NCBI GenBank assembly: GCA_000934665.2
Contig: KZ538484.1
Coordinates: 1-64,000 of the forward strand
DNA: 64,000 nt
From: Catajapyx aquilonaris
Taxonomy: Eukaryota
Direction of reading: 5' to 3'
Below the pieces are notes generated by a model, which searched no databases, was not told the origin of the DNA, and saw only the letters and a program-made list of their open reading frames with translations. Position 1 is the stretch's first letter. Each line of letters opens with the position of its first letter. This document shows positions 38,390-51,073 of the stretch, piece after piece. Position numbers and translations under genes: made by a program.

Positions 38390-39635
38390 TAATATTAGAT
38401 GAAAAGTGAAACTCAATATTTTAACGTCTGTTCTCTGAGGAGTGAAAACCCGGGCTTGGAAGTTGAGCATTTGCAATTTTCACACGTTTAAAATGGCCTC
38501 AGAAAGGGCTAGGAACCTTCCAGGATGTTGCATTTGATTTTTATGACAATGGTGGACAACAGCTAGTTATTTACGTTACATATGGTTTGTGACAAAAAAT
38601 GTGCTAAGATCAAATCATGCAATTTCGATGCAACGTTGCAGTGACTGGTTGCATAAACAAGCTGCGCATGCCGCTTTCGGCCAACGTAACATGGGGGTTG
38701 CAGGTTTCGCACACTGCTTGAAAACTCCCCCCATCGCATGCAACTTCCAAGATGGCAGCGCACAGGTTGGAGTGAATATTTGATACAGAGGAGTTCTTAA
38801 TTGCATTTAATTGTTGTAACGATGGCCGTCTTAACTTGTGGGCATTTGGGCAGTTGCCCGAGGGCCCCATGCTAATGTTGTGAATTTCTGGCAATAAGTA
38901 AGTACTAGGCTATACTGTACCAAAGTATGTGACTTATACCGGTGACGTCATACCAGTACCGGTGGCCCATGGAGCAGGGATAGTACACCAACAGTAATCA
39001 AGAATGACTTCATTCATGAACTATGAGGATTATTACTTCCCTGAAATTCTGGAGTACTCTACTGCAATTCTGCGACTGAGATCTCATTGACATTGCATGA
39101 TTCGCGTCAGACGTGCAATGTGATGTATTGTCAACGGAAAGTTGCACGTGCATCCTGTCTCGATGCAACAGATCAGGCTGATGTCACCGAAATTGCCTGA
39201 TTTGCTCCTGGCCTAAAATATATGTATGCACGATTCTCCAGTGCTGTAATACCCTACTTGAGGTATTGCCATATTGTGCAACCAGCTTTGACTGAGCAGT
39301 TATTTTATTAACTTACCTGAAAGTTCCAGTGAATTACTGTATATCATGTGTAACTCAAGCAATTGGCCATGAACTACTGGTGCCATGAAAATATGTTCTT
39401 ACAGTAAAACTTCTATAAATCGAATCTCCATATGACCGGGAAAAAACTTTTGAGTTATGGAAGATTTGAATTAAAGTTTGGATTTTTTAAAGTACAGAAC
39501 TCTGAGGAAGCCTACCTCTATATCCAGAGACGAAAGGTGTTCAAAACTTAAAAATAATTGTGACTATCACACTTACAATGTTCGTCGTTGTTTTGTTGTT
39601 AAGAAAAACTCCGTTATGCACATTTGCCTAGTAAG

Positions 39636-39823
39636 AAGTAAGAATCCGGATACGACACCCATACACTTTGTTGATTTTACCTCATATTTTACCATCTGGC
39701 CCTCTACACTTTAAGGGCATCGTATGCATTAACTACGCAACAGAGCCAAAAACCAATTGCACATTAGTGTTGCGAGTACTATCAGTCTACTTGGCGATTG
39801 CCCGCGAGTTTCCCTTCACCTTG
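39636..39823 (-). mobile_element. Partial inverted copy of the 33016 MITE
   Basis: Diverged reverse complement of 33016-33212. Confidence 0.8.
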
Positions 39824-39868
39824 TATGTGGTTATTGTTTAAAATATACAATAGTGTGCCTTGTTTATT

Positions 39869-40382
39869 CAAGGTGTCCACAATGAACCTCCCTAGTTTCA
39901 AAGAGTGGTAAAAAATAAACTTGCAGAGGTATTTAAGGTTTTGGTTGTTTAAATGGTCTGGAGACTCAACAATCCTGAATTTTTGGAATGGCCTATGGTG
40001 CTCCTGTGGGGGATGCTGTTAGAAGATGCAAACATAGCATCTGCAGAGGATGTGGTGGTTAGCCGAGCTTAAGTTGATCACAGAAGTGCTGGAAGTGTTG
40101 GACAAATTCCCCCTTTCCACAACTTCCAAGACAACTAAAGTGGACAGCCCAAATAAGGACGTGTCCTCCATCACTCCTGACATGCTGGAGAGTACCTCGG
40201 GGAGGGAGATTATCGGCTTAGAATTGTGCTTGCTACTAAAGGAGCACACATGGAAGACTACTGATTTTTTTACATAAACTTGATGAGTGTCCCTTCTCAT
40301 TCGTACAATTTCAACACCATTGTCCAGTAACTTGCGCAATAGTAGCAAGTTAAAACTAGGGATCTTCATTGTGGACACCCTG
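39869..40382 (+). mobile_element. Internally deleted Tc1/mariner element
   Basis: TIR GGTGTCCACAATGAA; remnants WWLAELKLIT and ITPDMLES...TKGAHME. Confidence 0.85.
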
Positions 40383-40420
40383 TATTGCTAGCATTTTTCA
40401 CGTTGCTTTATTATTTTCAG

Positions 40421-40494
40421 AGGAAACGAAAAGGTGATGCTGATCCAGCGCCTCAACCTTGTAAGAAGCTCAACTGGGAGGATTACGGGGAGAG
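40421..40494 (+). CDS. FBXW7: FBXW7 exon (RKRKGDADPAPQPCKK, NLS-like)
   Basis: ttttcag| acceptor, AG|gtaaat donor, phase 0-2. Confidence 0.8.
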
Positions 40495-41394
40495 GTAAAT
40501 TTCAATGAGACATTGTAATCTAAATATAAAAAGTTTCTGAACACCTTCATTCTTAAAATGTATACTATAAATCTAAAATCATATTACTTTATTCTCAAGT
40601 TTTTGCCTTTACTTGCTGCAGAATTGGGATGACAAATCTTAAATTCCAGTCCTTGTGATCCGAAAGACTTCCTAACGAGCCTGCCTGCCTACTCCGCATC
40701 CTCAACTCCTTCTCCACTCTCCTCAACATATCTTGAGCCTTAAAACAGTTCAAAACATCGTTTAAAAAATTCACGAGATGAATTACAGCAACTATTTGAA
40801 AATGTACCGCCACCTGATAATTTTGGACCAAACTGCCAAAAAGGAATCTGGAATATTGGATGGAAGGGAACTGCAAGTGAAGGCAATGAAATAAGCTGTT
40901 ATTGGTAATGAGTGACATGCAATATGCAGTACTGCTCTTCAGGCGTTTTCAGCCTAGGGTGCATTTCATGTTCCCATATTCCTGATGCCAAGTTCTACAC
41001 TTGCGATACACCTTTTTCTTCTATGGTGCAGCCAATGCATCAGAAAAGTGCCAAATGACAAGACCCCCCCACGGGTCTTGTCATTTGGCTCTTTTCTCTG
41101 ATGTTGCCAGACAAGTTTTTAAAAATTGTTTTTTATATTACATGTAAAAGATACTTAAATTACTTTACAGGATATCTGTATGATCATTTGATTTTGATCC
41201 TGGACACCTACAGTAGTCTGGCCTACTTTCATTTCACTGACTCTTTCATTATGCTTGCTGGTTTTGCTCTAAGTAGACTTAACATATACTGATAAAGAGA
41301 TGTTGATACTGCCTAACAGACATGTTCAGTTACTAGATTGTGGAGTGAGAGGAAAAACAAACCCAACAATAGTCCTATTATTATTTTATTTCAG

Positions 41395-41488
41395 TGGGAA
41401 AGAGAGGCGAGTACGGAACCAGAGGGCAGTTATGCCTTCCCGGAACAATCCACCTCTGGAGATGCCCAGCTGGCTTGTTACTTTCCAG
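41395..41488 (+). CDS. FBXW7: FBXW7 exon (start of D dimerisation domain)
   Basis: tttcag| phase 2; ...NPPLEMPSWLVTFQ; CAG|gttact. Confidence 0.85.
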
Positions 41489-41900
41489 GTTACTAAACAT
41501 TTAATTTTTTAAATATAATTATTTATCTGTTTTTATCAGGGTTGGCTGGTTTAAACCAAGTGGTTTAAAAAAAAGAAACCATCCTGGTTTTTAAAATGAA
41601 AAGTAATCCCATTTACTGCTAAAATTTACTTATTTATGTTACTGCCAAATAAGCCAAATAATCTATTTAAATTAACCTAATGAGTAGGGTCAGGTGGGGT
41701 AAAATGGGTAGTTTTTAATACAGCGAGTACTTCCTTTGTTACTGATTCTACACACATGAAAGAAGGGTCCTAAAAGAATATTTTTATCCCGTTACATGTG
41801 TGTGACTACACGAAAAAGTTTCCGATTTTATTTACATTTATTAAATCAGTATAAATATTTTTTCACTAAGCTAGTAAAGGATTCTAGAAGGGATATTATA

Positions 41901-42131
41901 CAAGGGAGTTAATGAATTCAATCGACTAAATTCTAGGTGTAATAGAGGAGACCAAGACAAACATATTTCACATAGGAACCTGGGTCTGGAAACGCATCTG
42001 AAGGACCTGTTCCTTGTTTATTGACCCTGTCCAGATGGTGTTTTCGGACACAGGTTCGTATATGAAATATGTTTGTCTTGGTCCCCTCTATTACCCATAG
42101 ATGTTTGTCAACTGAATTCATTAACTCCCTG
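41901..42131. mobile_element. TA-flanked hairpin MITE
   Basis: GGGAGTTAATGAATTCA...TGAATTCATTAACTCCC. Confidence 0.8.
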
Positions 42132-42367
42132 TATAGGTATGAAATTGCCCTTTTAATTTTCTTAGTGGAGATTTTTAAGCAAAATGGGGTAAAATGTGAA
42201 TTTTATCCCACGAGTTACCCATTTATCTCCACCCCTGGTATAAAATGGGTATAAAACATCAATGCAATATTTTTGTTATAATGTTTAGTTTTTCATAAAA
42301 TATGAAAAAAGCAAGGCATTCTTCTCGCAATACATTGTATAGAGTAAAAAATAATAATGAGGATATA

Positions 42368-43978
42368 CGTGTATATGTTAGGCTCAAACCCCGAAAGCGG
42401 CTATTGGGCGAGAAAAAAAACGCCCAAACTGCAGAATGCTCTATGCCAAACCATCCATTCTGCAGAATGGAAGGTTTGACATAGAGCATTCTGCAGTCTG
42501 GGCGGTTTAAACCGTCCATGCTGCAGAATGCTCATTTTCAAATCATCCATTCTGCAGAATGGACGTTTTAATGAAACGGCCAGCCCCCGAAATGCTCTTT
42601 TTAAAAAGGCCCAAACGCTTTCCTGGGCTAAACTTAAACGTCAGGATGCCAATTTCATGTTGGGATGGCTGGTTTAGAAGACGTTGTGGCAGTTTCCTGT
42701 TTTCCACTATGCCATGTGCATGTAGATCAGTGCTGGAAATCAATCACCCTATTGTTGTTTGGCAAATGGTTGAAATACTTAACATTTGATGATGCTGTTT
42801 ATTTTCCAGGAACTATTACCTCCAAATATTCATTACCATTATTACTAGTACATCTTCCAGGAACTGTTATCCTTCAATTGTTAGTCTATTTGTTCTTGCA
42901 GGGACTGTTCGAATGACTCTTAGAATTGCACTTAATATTGCTTGATCGACATTTACATTTCTTATCAGTGCAGTACTTTTTGCAACTTCAACTTATGAAT
43001 CCCTGCTTACTATCTGAACTTAAAGCTGAAGCCAAACGAAGAGATACAGAACTGGTTGAAGGAACTTCGTTCAGATGTATAAAATTGGAATCAGCAGGTG
43101 TGAACTCATTGTGAGTATACAGCCCCTCTCAAATTCCTTCTTTGGTGCATTAACATCGACAACAACCCCTAACACATTCCCGGGAGCCACCCGTCCTCCA
43201 GCGGCTTCTGCTTTTAAGTTCAGGTAGTAAGCAGGGATTCGTAAGTCGCAGTTGCAAAAAGTACTACATTGATAAGAAATGTAAATGTCGTTCAAGTAAT
43301 ACGATACTTAATGTAATTCCAAGTGTGACTAAGTGTTAGAATGCTAGAGGTGGATTCCAAGGTCCCCTAAGTCCATTTTCAAGAAAAATGAGCTGAGGAC
43401 ATCAATTGGTAGCTTATAGTACTCCCCACCTCCTCCTGAGGGCAGAATACACCAAATGTCTATTGGTCCAAGCGTAAAATCGGAGGGTTTTTCCAAAGCC
43501 ATATGTCCCATTTATGACAACAAAAACTCAAATCTCAAAAGGACACTAATGGACCTAGGGGACATTGGAATCCCGTCTCTTATGATGAAGGTAATAGTTC
43601 CTGGAAAATAAACAAAATCATCGAATGTTAAGTATTTCAACAATTTGTCAAACAACAATAGGGTGATTTATTTCCAGCATCTACATGGCATAGTGGGAAA
43701 CAGGAAACTGCCACGAGTTATGGATGTCTTCTAAACCAGCCATCCCGACATGAAATTGGTGTCCTGAAGTGTAAGTTTAGCCCAGGAAAGTATTCTGGCC
43801 TTTTTAAAAAGATAATTTCTGGGTCTGACTGTTTCATTAAAATGTCCATTCTGCAGAATGGATGGTTTGGAAAGGAGCATTCTGCAGAATGGACTGTTTG
43901 ACATAGAGCATTCTGCAGTTTGGATGGTTTTTTTTCGTCCCATAGCCGTTTTTGGGGTTTGAGCCTAACATATACACC
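42368..43978. mobile_element. Long foldback element with CATTCTGCAGAATG subrepeats; nested TIR element at about 43347-43579
   Basis: 42369-42820 is the inverted copy of about 43590-43977. Confidence 0.8.
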
Positions 43979-45137
43979 TATTAATTGAAATTGAACAACT
44001 AATCCAAAAAAGGTGTTTTCATCCCAGTGCAACTCCGTGTTTTTCACATAGGTTTCCCCCTCCGACCCCCGTGACTTTCGAGAGGCAAGGAGAGGCTTAT
44101 CCATGGCTTATCAGTAGTTAGGTAGTGTGCTGCATCACTTGAGTTTGTGGCACTTTTGTATCGTTTTTTAGTGCTCTACGCCGGACTGAGTAATCAATAA
44201 CAGCATATTTTCCATCCAGGGCCAAAAAATGGTGTGTTATAGCCAACGTGAGGTGAAAATTTGTGTTATATCAGGAGTAATAAAAATACAGAGGACCTTA
44301 TGGAAGTTTGCCTGGACCGGCCTCTTGAGTCTGTTATAGCCGAGGCTGTTATATCCGGACTCAACTGTATATGGAAACAGATAATTTTGCATCAGATCAT
44401 ACCTTCAATACAAGTATTTCCATTGCTGTTAGGTGCATCGTCATGTGGTTCACGTATCATCAGAAATCGTTTCGCTGATTATTGGAAGAGACGGGATATT
44501 CCTGCTTGTGTCAAAGAATGGCTACGAAGGGTCGCATTCGTTCATACCTTGTGACAATTTTTACTTGTGGAGTCATTTAAACAAAACACATTTGGCAACA
44601 GGGACGAAGGAATTGCAGAGATGCATCTCGAAGGTTGTGCGGATGGAAGGGAAGCTGGTGGGAAAGCATGTAGGCCTGCTGCACGCAGACAGTCCAATTC
44701 TGTCAGTGAGCCATGAACAATAAAATGTTTTTCTGGATGTATTATGGCTGGATGCAGTCGATTGTTCAATGGTGCATGGAGGTGGGCCTTGTCACAATGA
44801 GTTGCACCAAGAATTGCGGCGGGGGCCTGCATCAAACTGTGTGTCGTTATTGCTTTGGGGTCTCAAAGGGATATTATTTTTGGGTGTCCATGACGGCCCT
44901 GGGAAGGATAGTTTAGGTTCGGTCAGATGTTAATGTGGCTTTCAGAAACATTCATCTACAGAGCTAGTCAAGCCATTTTTCTTCTGCACTCCTCCCACGA
45001 AGTCACTTCAACAGCCTCCCGCTAGCATCACTCGAACCGGTGTCCTTATCTACTCAACGAGTAATCTGGCCCTATAGTATTTATCTTCCAATTTTTTTCA
45101 AGATGGATAAGAATATTTGTAATGTAACATTTGTATA

Positions 45138-45669
45138 CAGGGTGTTTCTTACGAGTAGGTCAAGCCACAAGTGGCGTATTCCTTGGCCCAAATCAAGTCT
45201 AAAATGTAGGGGGGAGAAATGTTGAGGGACCAACCTGTAACGAGGTAGACGACCTGAAACATTGGCCTACCCGCTGCAGGCGGCAACACACACACGACAC
45301 CTCTTTGTAGGAAGACCTCCTGCCAGATGGACCCTTACGCCTTGCAGGGGTTGCCTAGGGAGCAAGATATGAGCATGATAATCATGGCCGATGCGGTTTT
45401 TCGAGATCGCCTCTTTTGCGAAAACGCAATTATCACGTTTATATCCTGCTTCCTAGGCAACCCCTGTAAGGCGCGCATGTCCAGCTGCTAGGAGATTGCC
45501 CTACAAAGAGGTGTCGTGTGTGTTGCCACATGTCGAGGGGTAGGCCAATGTTTCGGGTCGTCTACCTCGTTACAGGTTGGTCCCTTGACATTTCTCCCCC
45601 TACATTTTATACTTGGTTTGGGCCAAGGAATATGGTACTTGCGGCTTGACCTACTAGTAAGAAACACTG
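45138..45669. mobile_element. Tc1-type fully palindromic MITE
   Basis: CAGGGTGTTTCTTAC...GTAAGAAACAC arms of about 250 bp. Confidence 0.85.
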
Positions 45670-45718
45670 CAAATAGTGATTGAGCCTTGGCCTAACTCTT
45701 TGTTCCGACATTTTGCAG

Positions 45719-45853
45719 AGATGGAGTCATGCAGAGCGCATTGTGGCCCTCGATGAGTTGATCAAGACTTGTGAACCAACACAAGTCCGTCACATGATGC
45801 AAGTAATTGAACCCCAGTTTCAGCGGGACTTCATCTCCCTTCTTCCAAAAGAG
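45719..45853 (+). CDS. FBXW7: FBXW7 exon (D domain / F-box start)
   Basis: RWSHAERIVALDELIKTCEPTQVRHMMQVIEPQFQRDFISLLPKE, diagnostic of FBXW7. Confidence 0.97.
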
Positions 45854-46313
45854 GTGAGGGATCAGTCGGTTTTTATACAACGCAATACCACCTGTCAACT
45901 ACAGCATGATTTTCACTAGTTTTGTATGGGTAGATTTACAGTATCCCAGCAGTTTTATAGCAGAACATGAGATTTCTTCTTCCAATTACTGTGGTTTCAG
46001 TGTGGCTTTTTCACTTTTCTCATATTCAGAAATATGTAAGAATCTATGCCACAAGTTTTTTTTTTAAGGAATGAACTGAAATTCTCAGAGAGGTAGTGAT
46101 CATTATTTACCTCTGTTTGAAACCAGCGATGATAAAATGGAGAGAACAAGGTTTAGCCTTCATTATCAGACACCTCCAGAGCTACAGCTATAGCAAAGGC
46201 TGGACAAGGAAGCTGCCTCAAGTTCTAGAGAAAGGGGGAAGAATAGGGGGTTCCCCAATATGCTAATTGGCAAAGGAGGAAAATTGTGCCCCACGCAAGT
46301 GATCTGCAGGGAG

Positions 46314-46423
46314 CAGGGATGGAAAAAGAACCGCTTCTTGGAAGGAAGCGGTTCTTTTTTCCAACCCTGAACATGGAAAAAAGAACCGCTTCCTTCCAAG
46401 AAGCGGTTCTTTTTCCATCCCTG
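46314..46423. mobile_element. hAT-like mini element (double palindrome)
   Basis: CAGGGATGGAAAAAG TIR; TSD GCAGGGAG. Confidence 0.9.
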
Positions 46424-46597
46424 GCAGGGAGGGCATTATGTAATGTTGCTTACAATCAGTCTCTAAACATTCTGAAAGGTATAGGTTAATGTTGTTTGAG
46501 TCATTTGAAAATGGTAGGTCTAGCATGCAAGTCACAATTTCATATGAATATGCTACTATAATGATTATCTCATGCCCTTGTTTAATCTTCCTCCCAG

Positions 46598-46933
46598 CTT
46601 GCCCTGGTTGTGTTGGGATATCTAGAACCACGTGACCTCCTTAGAGCAGCCCAGACTTGTCGGTACTGGAGGGTCCTAGCAGAGGACAACCTTTTGTGGA
46701 GGGAGAAGTGCAGGGTTGCTGGAATACATGAATTCACGGTAGTGCACTACCCCAAGAGAAAGGCCAAAGGAAGCAGTGAGAGTGGGGGCACTGTGGGTGG
46801 TGGTGGAGGTGGAGGGAGTGCTACTGGAGGAGGATCATGTGGGGCAGCAGGGGGGTCATGTGGTGCAGCCATGGGAGAAGTTGGGCCTAGACAGGAGGAG
46901 AAGAGAGCAGTCGTGATACCATCACCATGGAAG
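46598..46933 (+). CDS. FBXW7: FBXW7 exon (F-box + Gly-rich linker)
   Basis: LALVVLGYLEPRDLLRAAQTCRYWRVLAEDNLLWREKC...SPWK; ctcccag| and AAG|gtgagt. Confidence 0.95.
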
Positions 46934-47201
46934 GTGAGTATCATTATTATTATTTATTAGAATTAATAGATCATATCAGTCTCCTTGTTATGTGCTATTT
47001 GATGATAGGAGTAGTCCACAAAAGGACCATCAACAAAGAGTTGGGATGTTGGGGTGAAAGGGATTACACATTTGCTACTTGTGTACCCAAGAAACTCTAG
47101 GTTGACCATTCTAGTTAGTGATATACAAATTCACTGAACTGTCAATGTTTGAAAAATGAAGTTACACTGCAAAATTTAAATTTAAAAACTCACCCCAACA
47201 G

Positions 47202-47381
47202 GCAGCGTACATGAGGCAGCACACCATTGAAATGAACTGGCGGGTACGTCCAATCCGACCTCCTCGAGTCCTGAAAGGGCATGATGACCATGTTATCACC
47301 TGCCTTCAGTTTTCTGGTAACCGCATAGTGAGTGGATCTGATGACAACACGCTCAAGGTCTGGTCTGCCACCACTGGGAAG
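47202..47381 (+). CDS. FBXW7: FBXW7 exon (first WD40)
   Basis: AAYMRQHTIEMNWR...LKGHDDHVITCLQFSGNRIVSGSDDNTLKVWSATTGK (absent from the ORF track; translated by hand). Confidence 0.97.
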
Positions 47382-47507
47382 GTAAGATGATGTCTCTTGC
47401 ATTGAAAAATATACATGGTGGTGCAGACTCTTTATGCTTGTGTTACTTGTAAGCAATTAGTGCACCAAATTGCTAATTTGTAACAGGGATAACAATACTT
47501 GTTGGTA

Positions 47508-47870
47508 CAGTACCGTTCATAAAGAATGGTACTACTCTATATGGATGAATTGTTTATCCTGTTCTCAGCCCCTGGGTCGCCAGCATGTTTTTAGGGGTCA
47601 TGAGGAAGTCCGGGAAAAGGGAATAATTTTAAAAAAAGAAGCAAAAAACAAAGCAAAGTGGGAAAATTTTACGGGAGAAATTTACATCAAATCTACGTAA
47701 GCATTTCACCTGGTTGAACATTTTGGTCATTAAAATTTTTATTTAAAAATCGGGATGGGTCACCAGAGGTCCAGAAAGGGTTGTCCGTAGGGTTTTGTTG
47801 AAATAAGGTTGGGATAATCAGGAAGAACATTTCATCCATAGAGTCATACCATTCTTGATGAACGAGACTC
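47508..47870. mobile_element. Tc1-type MITE, copy 1
   Basis: CAGTACCGTTCATAAAGAATGGTA TIR. Confidence 0.8.
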
Positions 47871-48058
47871 TACATCTCTACTAGTTGCTATATTTCCATT
47901 GCTACCACCATTTTTGCAAACATTTTGCATGGTCACAGCATCTATTAATTTGACTTTTTCTTAGTTGGAACTGCACACAAGGGCAGCTGGATGGAATGGG
48001 AGCCAAAGTGTACCAGAAATGATGATAATATTTCAAAATGCTAGAGTTTGTACCTTAA

Positions 48059-48205
48059 GGGCCGTTTTCTCGAACAGTGGTTCAAATGTAAAGCCGGTTC
48101 AAAGCCGGTTTAAACCCTTGACAACAGCCTAACAACAATCAAATCAGGGATTAAACTGGCTTTGAACCCGGTTTACATTTGAACCACTGTTCGAGAAAAC
48201 GGCCC
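48059..48205. mobile_element. PIF/Harbinger-type MITE (same family as 28139, opposite orientation)
   Basis: GGGCCGTTTTCTCGAAC TIR; TAA TSD. Confidence 0.9.
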
Positions 48206-48267
48206 TAAGTGAACAGTTATCTACTTAAGTGATGGACAATTCATTTTCTTGGCTGAACCTTAGTGTA

Positions 48268-48653
48268 CAGTACCGCTCATAAAGAATGGTATGACTCCAT
48301 GGACAAAATGTTTATTCTGTTCCCAACCCCTGGGTCACCCTCATGTTTTTAGGGGTAATGAGGAAGGCTGGGAAGAGGCAATTAAAATCAAGAAAAAAGG
48401 AGAAGAAAAAAACAAGGCAAAGTAAGAAAATTTAACAGGGAAATTCATCTCAAATCTATGTAAGCATTGTACCAGGTTGAACATTTTGGTAATAAAATTT
48501 TTTGAAAAAAGTCGGGAGGGGGTCATATAGGTCGCCAGAGATCTAGGACAAGTTGTCCATAGTGTCGCGACGAAATCAGGTTGGGAATCATGCTGGATAG
48601 TCAGAATAAACACGTCGTCCATAGAGTCGTACCATTCTTTATGAGCGGGACTG
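48268..48653. mobile_element. Tc1-type MITE, copy 2
   Basis: TA-CAGTACCGCTCATAAAGAATGG...CCATTCTTTATGAGCGGGACTG-TA. Confidence 0.85.
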
Positions 48654-49018
48654 TACAGCTTACCCTAGTCCAAGCAGGGAGGCATGTAGGCTTCGAATTG
48701 CACAGAGAAAGATTGAACTGTGCTACCATCTTGAAAAAGCTTGAGTCAGACCATGATTGATTGTCAACCTATGCATTTGGGTCTGACTGAGACGGAACTA
48801 CCTATCATGAATGTGAATAATTGCTCACTCATGGTGATCATGCTTGCAATATGGCATATTATTGTTGTGTCTGCAATGCTTTGGGTTCAGTTATATCCAA
48901 TCTGTTTTCTCTAGGTGCAGTCCTAACTGAGACAAAGTTACAATTAACATAGCATCTCATAAGACATACATGAATTATATTAATGCAGCTATTGTACAGG
49001 GGCTGGAAGACAAATGAC

Positions 49019-49168
49019 CATGGTTTAAGAATTGTAAGGTCGGGTCACTTCCCTCTTATCGCCTTAGTGGGCTGATGAGTGGTTTGTGGCAGGTGGCCAC
49101 AAACCACCCCGTCAACCCCCTAAGGCAATAAGAGGGGAGCGACCCGACCTTACTATTCTTAGACCATG
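49019..49168. mobile_element. Hairpin MITE with 8-bp TSD (P-like CATG ends)
   Basis: CATGGTYTAAGAAT TIR; TSD CAAATGAC/CACATGAC. Confidence 0.75.
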
Positions 49169-50095
49169 CACATGACCAGCAAGTGTTGCAATCCCTGTTG
49201 AGCTGTTCATTTGAACAATTGTATCACCCACTAGAAGAAGGGCCCATGTCCAGGTTAAATCCATTTGTACATGGGCCAATGTCCTATTGGGCAATTCAAT
49301 TACTTGTAGAGATTTTCAAAGTATTTGCTGCTAACATCAGGTTGAATGGAATGCTCTGGCCTTGGAGCTCTGAATTGCACTCTGTCTCTGACATTGACCA
49401 TCATCCGTTTTGACTAACTGGCATGGGACATCCAGGGTTGGACCATTAGTTGTGCAATCAACCTGATATTAAAAGCTAATGTTTTGACAGCCCTGAAATT
49501 GTAAGTAATTGTGGCACTACAACAGAGTTCTTAGGAGTAATTTTCATAAGCACTGAAGCATTCCCCTGGATTTCTATAGCGAACACACCCACCCGTCACA
49601 AACCCACCCACAAACATCCTCATTTATAGATATGTAGATATTGTTTTCATGTTTTACTTTATTATTTATGGCATTTGATTGTGTAATTATGCCTTAAATT
49701 ATGTGCATTTGCTGTTTAAGTTGAACAAAATGGTTATTGCTTAGGGTCTGGGAACGGATTAATTCTCTTTCCATTATTTGTAATGGGGAAAATGGATTCG
49801 GACTTTGAACCATTCAGAACTCGAACGGCCTCCTGGAATGAATTAAATGTTAAGTACGAGACACCACTGTATTGTGAAAATTCTACTTTGATTAATCAGA
49901 GGTTTGTAACTATTCCTATTTAAAGTTGCCAAAAGAGATTCCTTGGCCTGAGATGACTTTTATTTTGATTTGATATTTTTCTAGCTTGAGAATATTCCTT
50001 TAAACAATGCTGTTAAAGCTATGTGCTTGGTACATAATAATGAAATCAAATTTGAAAACAATTCATGCCACTAAATAATTAACTCCTTATGGCAG

Positions 50096-50503
50096 TGCCT
50101 GCGCACGTTGGTTGGTCACACTGGTGGTGTGTGGTCGTCTCAGATGTCAGGCAACACCATAGTGTCTGGATCAACGGACCGAACCCTCAAGGTGTGGAAT
50201 GCGGAGAGTGGGGCTTGCATACACACACTCTACGGGCACACATCAACTGTCCGCTGCATGCATCTACATGGGCGGAAGGTCGTGAGTGGATCTAGGGATG
50301 CCACCCTACGGGTGTGGGACATTGACACAGGCGAATGCCTGCATGTTTTGGTGGGCCATGTTGCCGCTGTCCGGTGTGTGCAGTATGATGGTCGTCTAGT
50401 GGTCAGTGGAGCCTATGACTACATGGTTAAGGTGTGGAATGCAGAAAGGGAGGAGTGCCTCCACACATTGCAGGGACACACCAACAGAGTTTACTCATTG
50501 CAG
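50096..50503 (+). CDS. FBXW7: FBXW7 exon (WD40 repeats with phosphodegron-binding arginines)
   Basis: [20 protein letters not shown] and AAVRCVQY motifs (equivalents of human R465/R479/R505) intact. Confidence 0.98.
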
Positions 50504-51073
50504 GTGAGGGAATTAATAGTTCCAGCAATTTGAAATTGCATAGGCATAGAAGGAAATCAAATCAAAATATTTGAGGTTTTCATATTCTTCAGCGGACAAG
50601 TGTTGTTTCTGTGTGGGGGTGGGTCCCCGTACCATTTTTTCTGGATGGAGTTGGGCCCTTCTTCTATTGGGTCATTTAATTGACATCAGCATGTTGGGCT
50701 ATGCAATGGTATGCTACAAATGTGTCAGGGGACATTTCCATGGGCATTGTTGCAAAATTCTGAGATTGTGGTTTTCATGTGAACTTTTAGTTACCCTATA
50801 ACTTTGTAATTTTTTCCCCCCTGAAATTTAATGGGGGTCCAACTATCACTATCAACCTTATTGATGTGGAATGCTCAAACCAATTTTTTGGTACATCTTG
50901 GATTTGTTTAGCATAATTCGTCAAGCAGCCTTCAATTGGCTTTGTTTGAAACATGACGACATTAATGACTGTTAAGTTATCAACATTAGATTTAGGTATC
51001 TTCAAATTGTAACATTGTTCTTTGAATATTGCTTGACGGTGCAATTCAGAGAATTTGCATAATTTTTATGCAG

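Noticed and set aside
38748..38770. CAAGATGGCAGCGCACAG|GT as an alternative FBXW7 first exon
   Set aside because: Weak donor, wrong phase for the next exon at 40421, no other support.
44440..45030. Possible Tc1 transposase fragments (PCD.FYLWSHL-like)
   Set aside because: Too degenerate to delimit or call with confidence.
49072..49115. Hammerhead-like CTGATGA followed by a stem
   Set aside because: No GAAA core after the stem; explained by the MITE palindrome.
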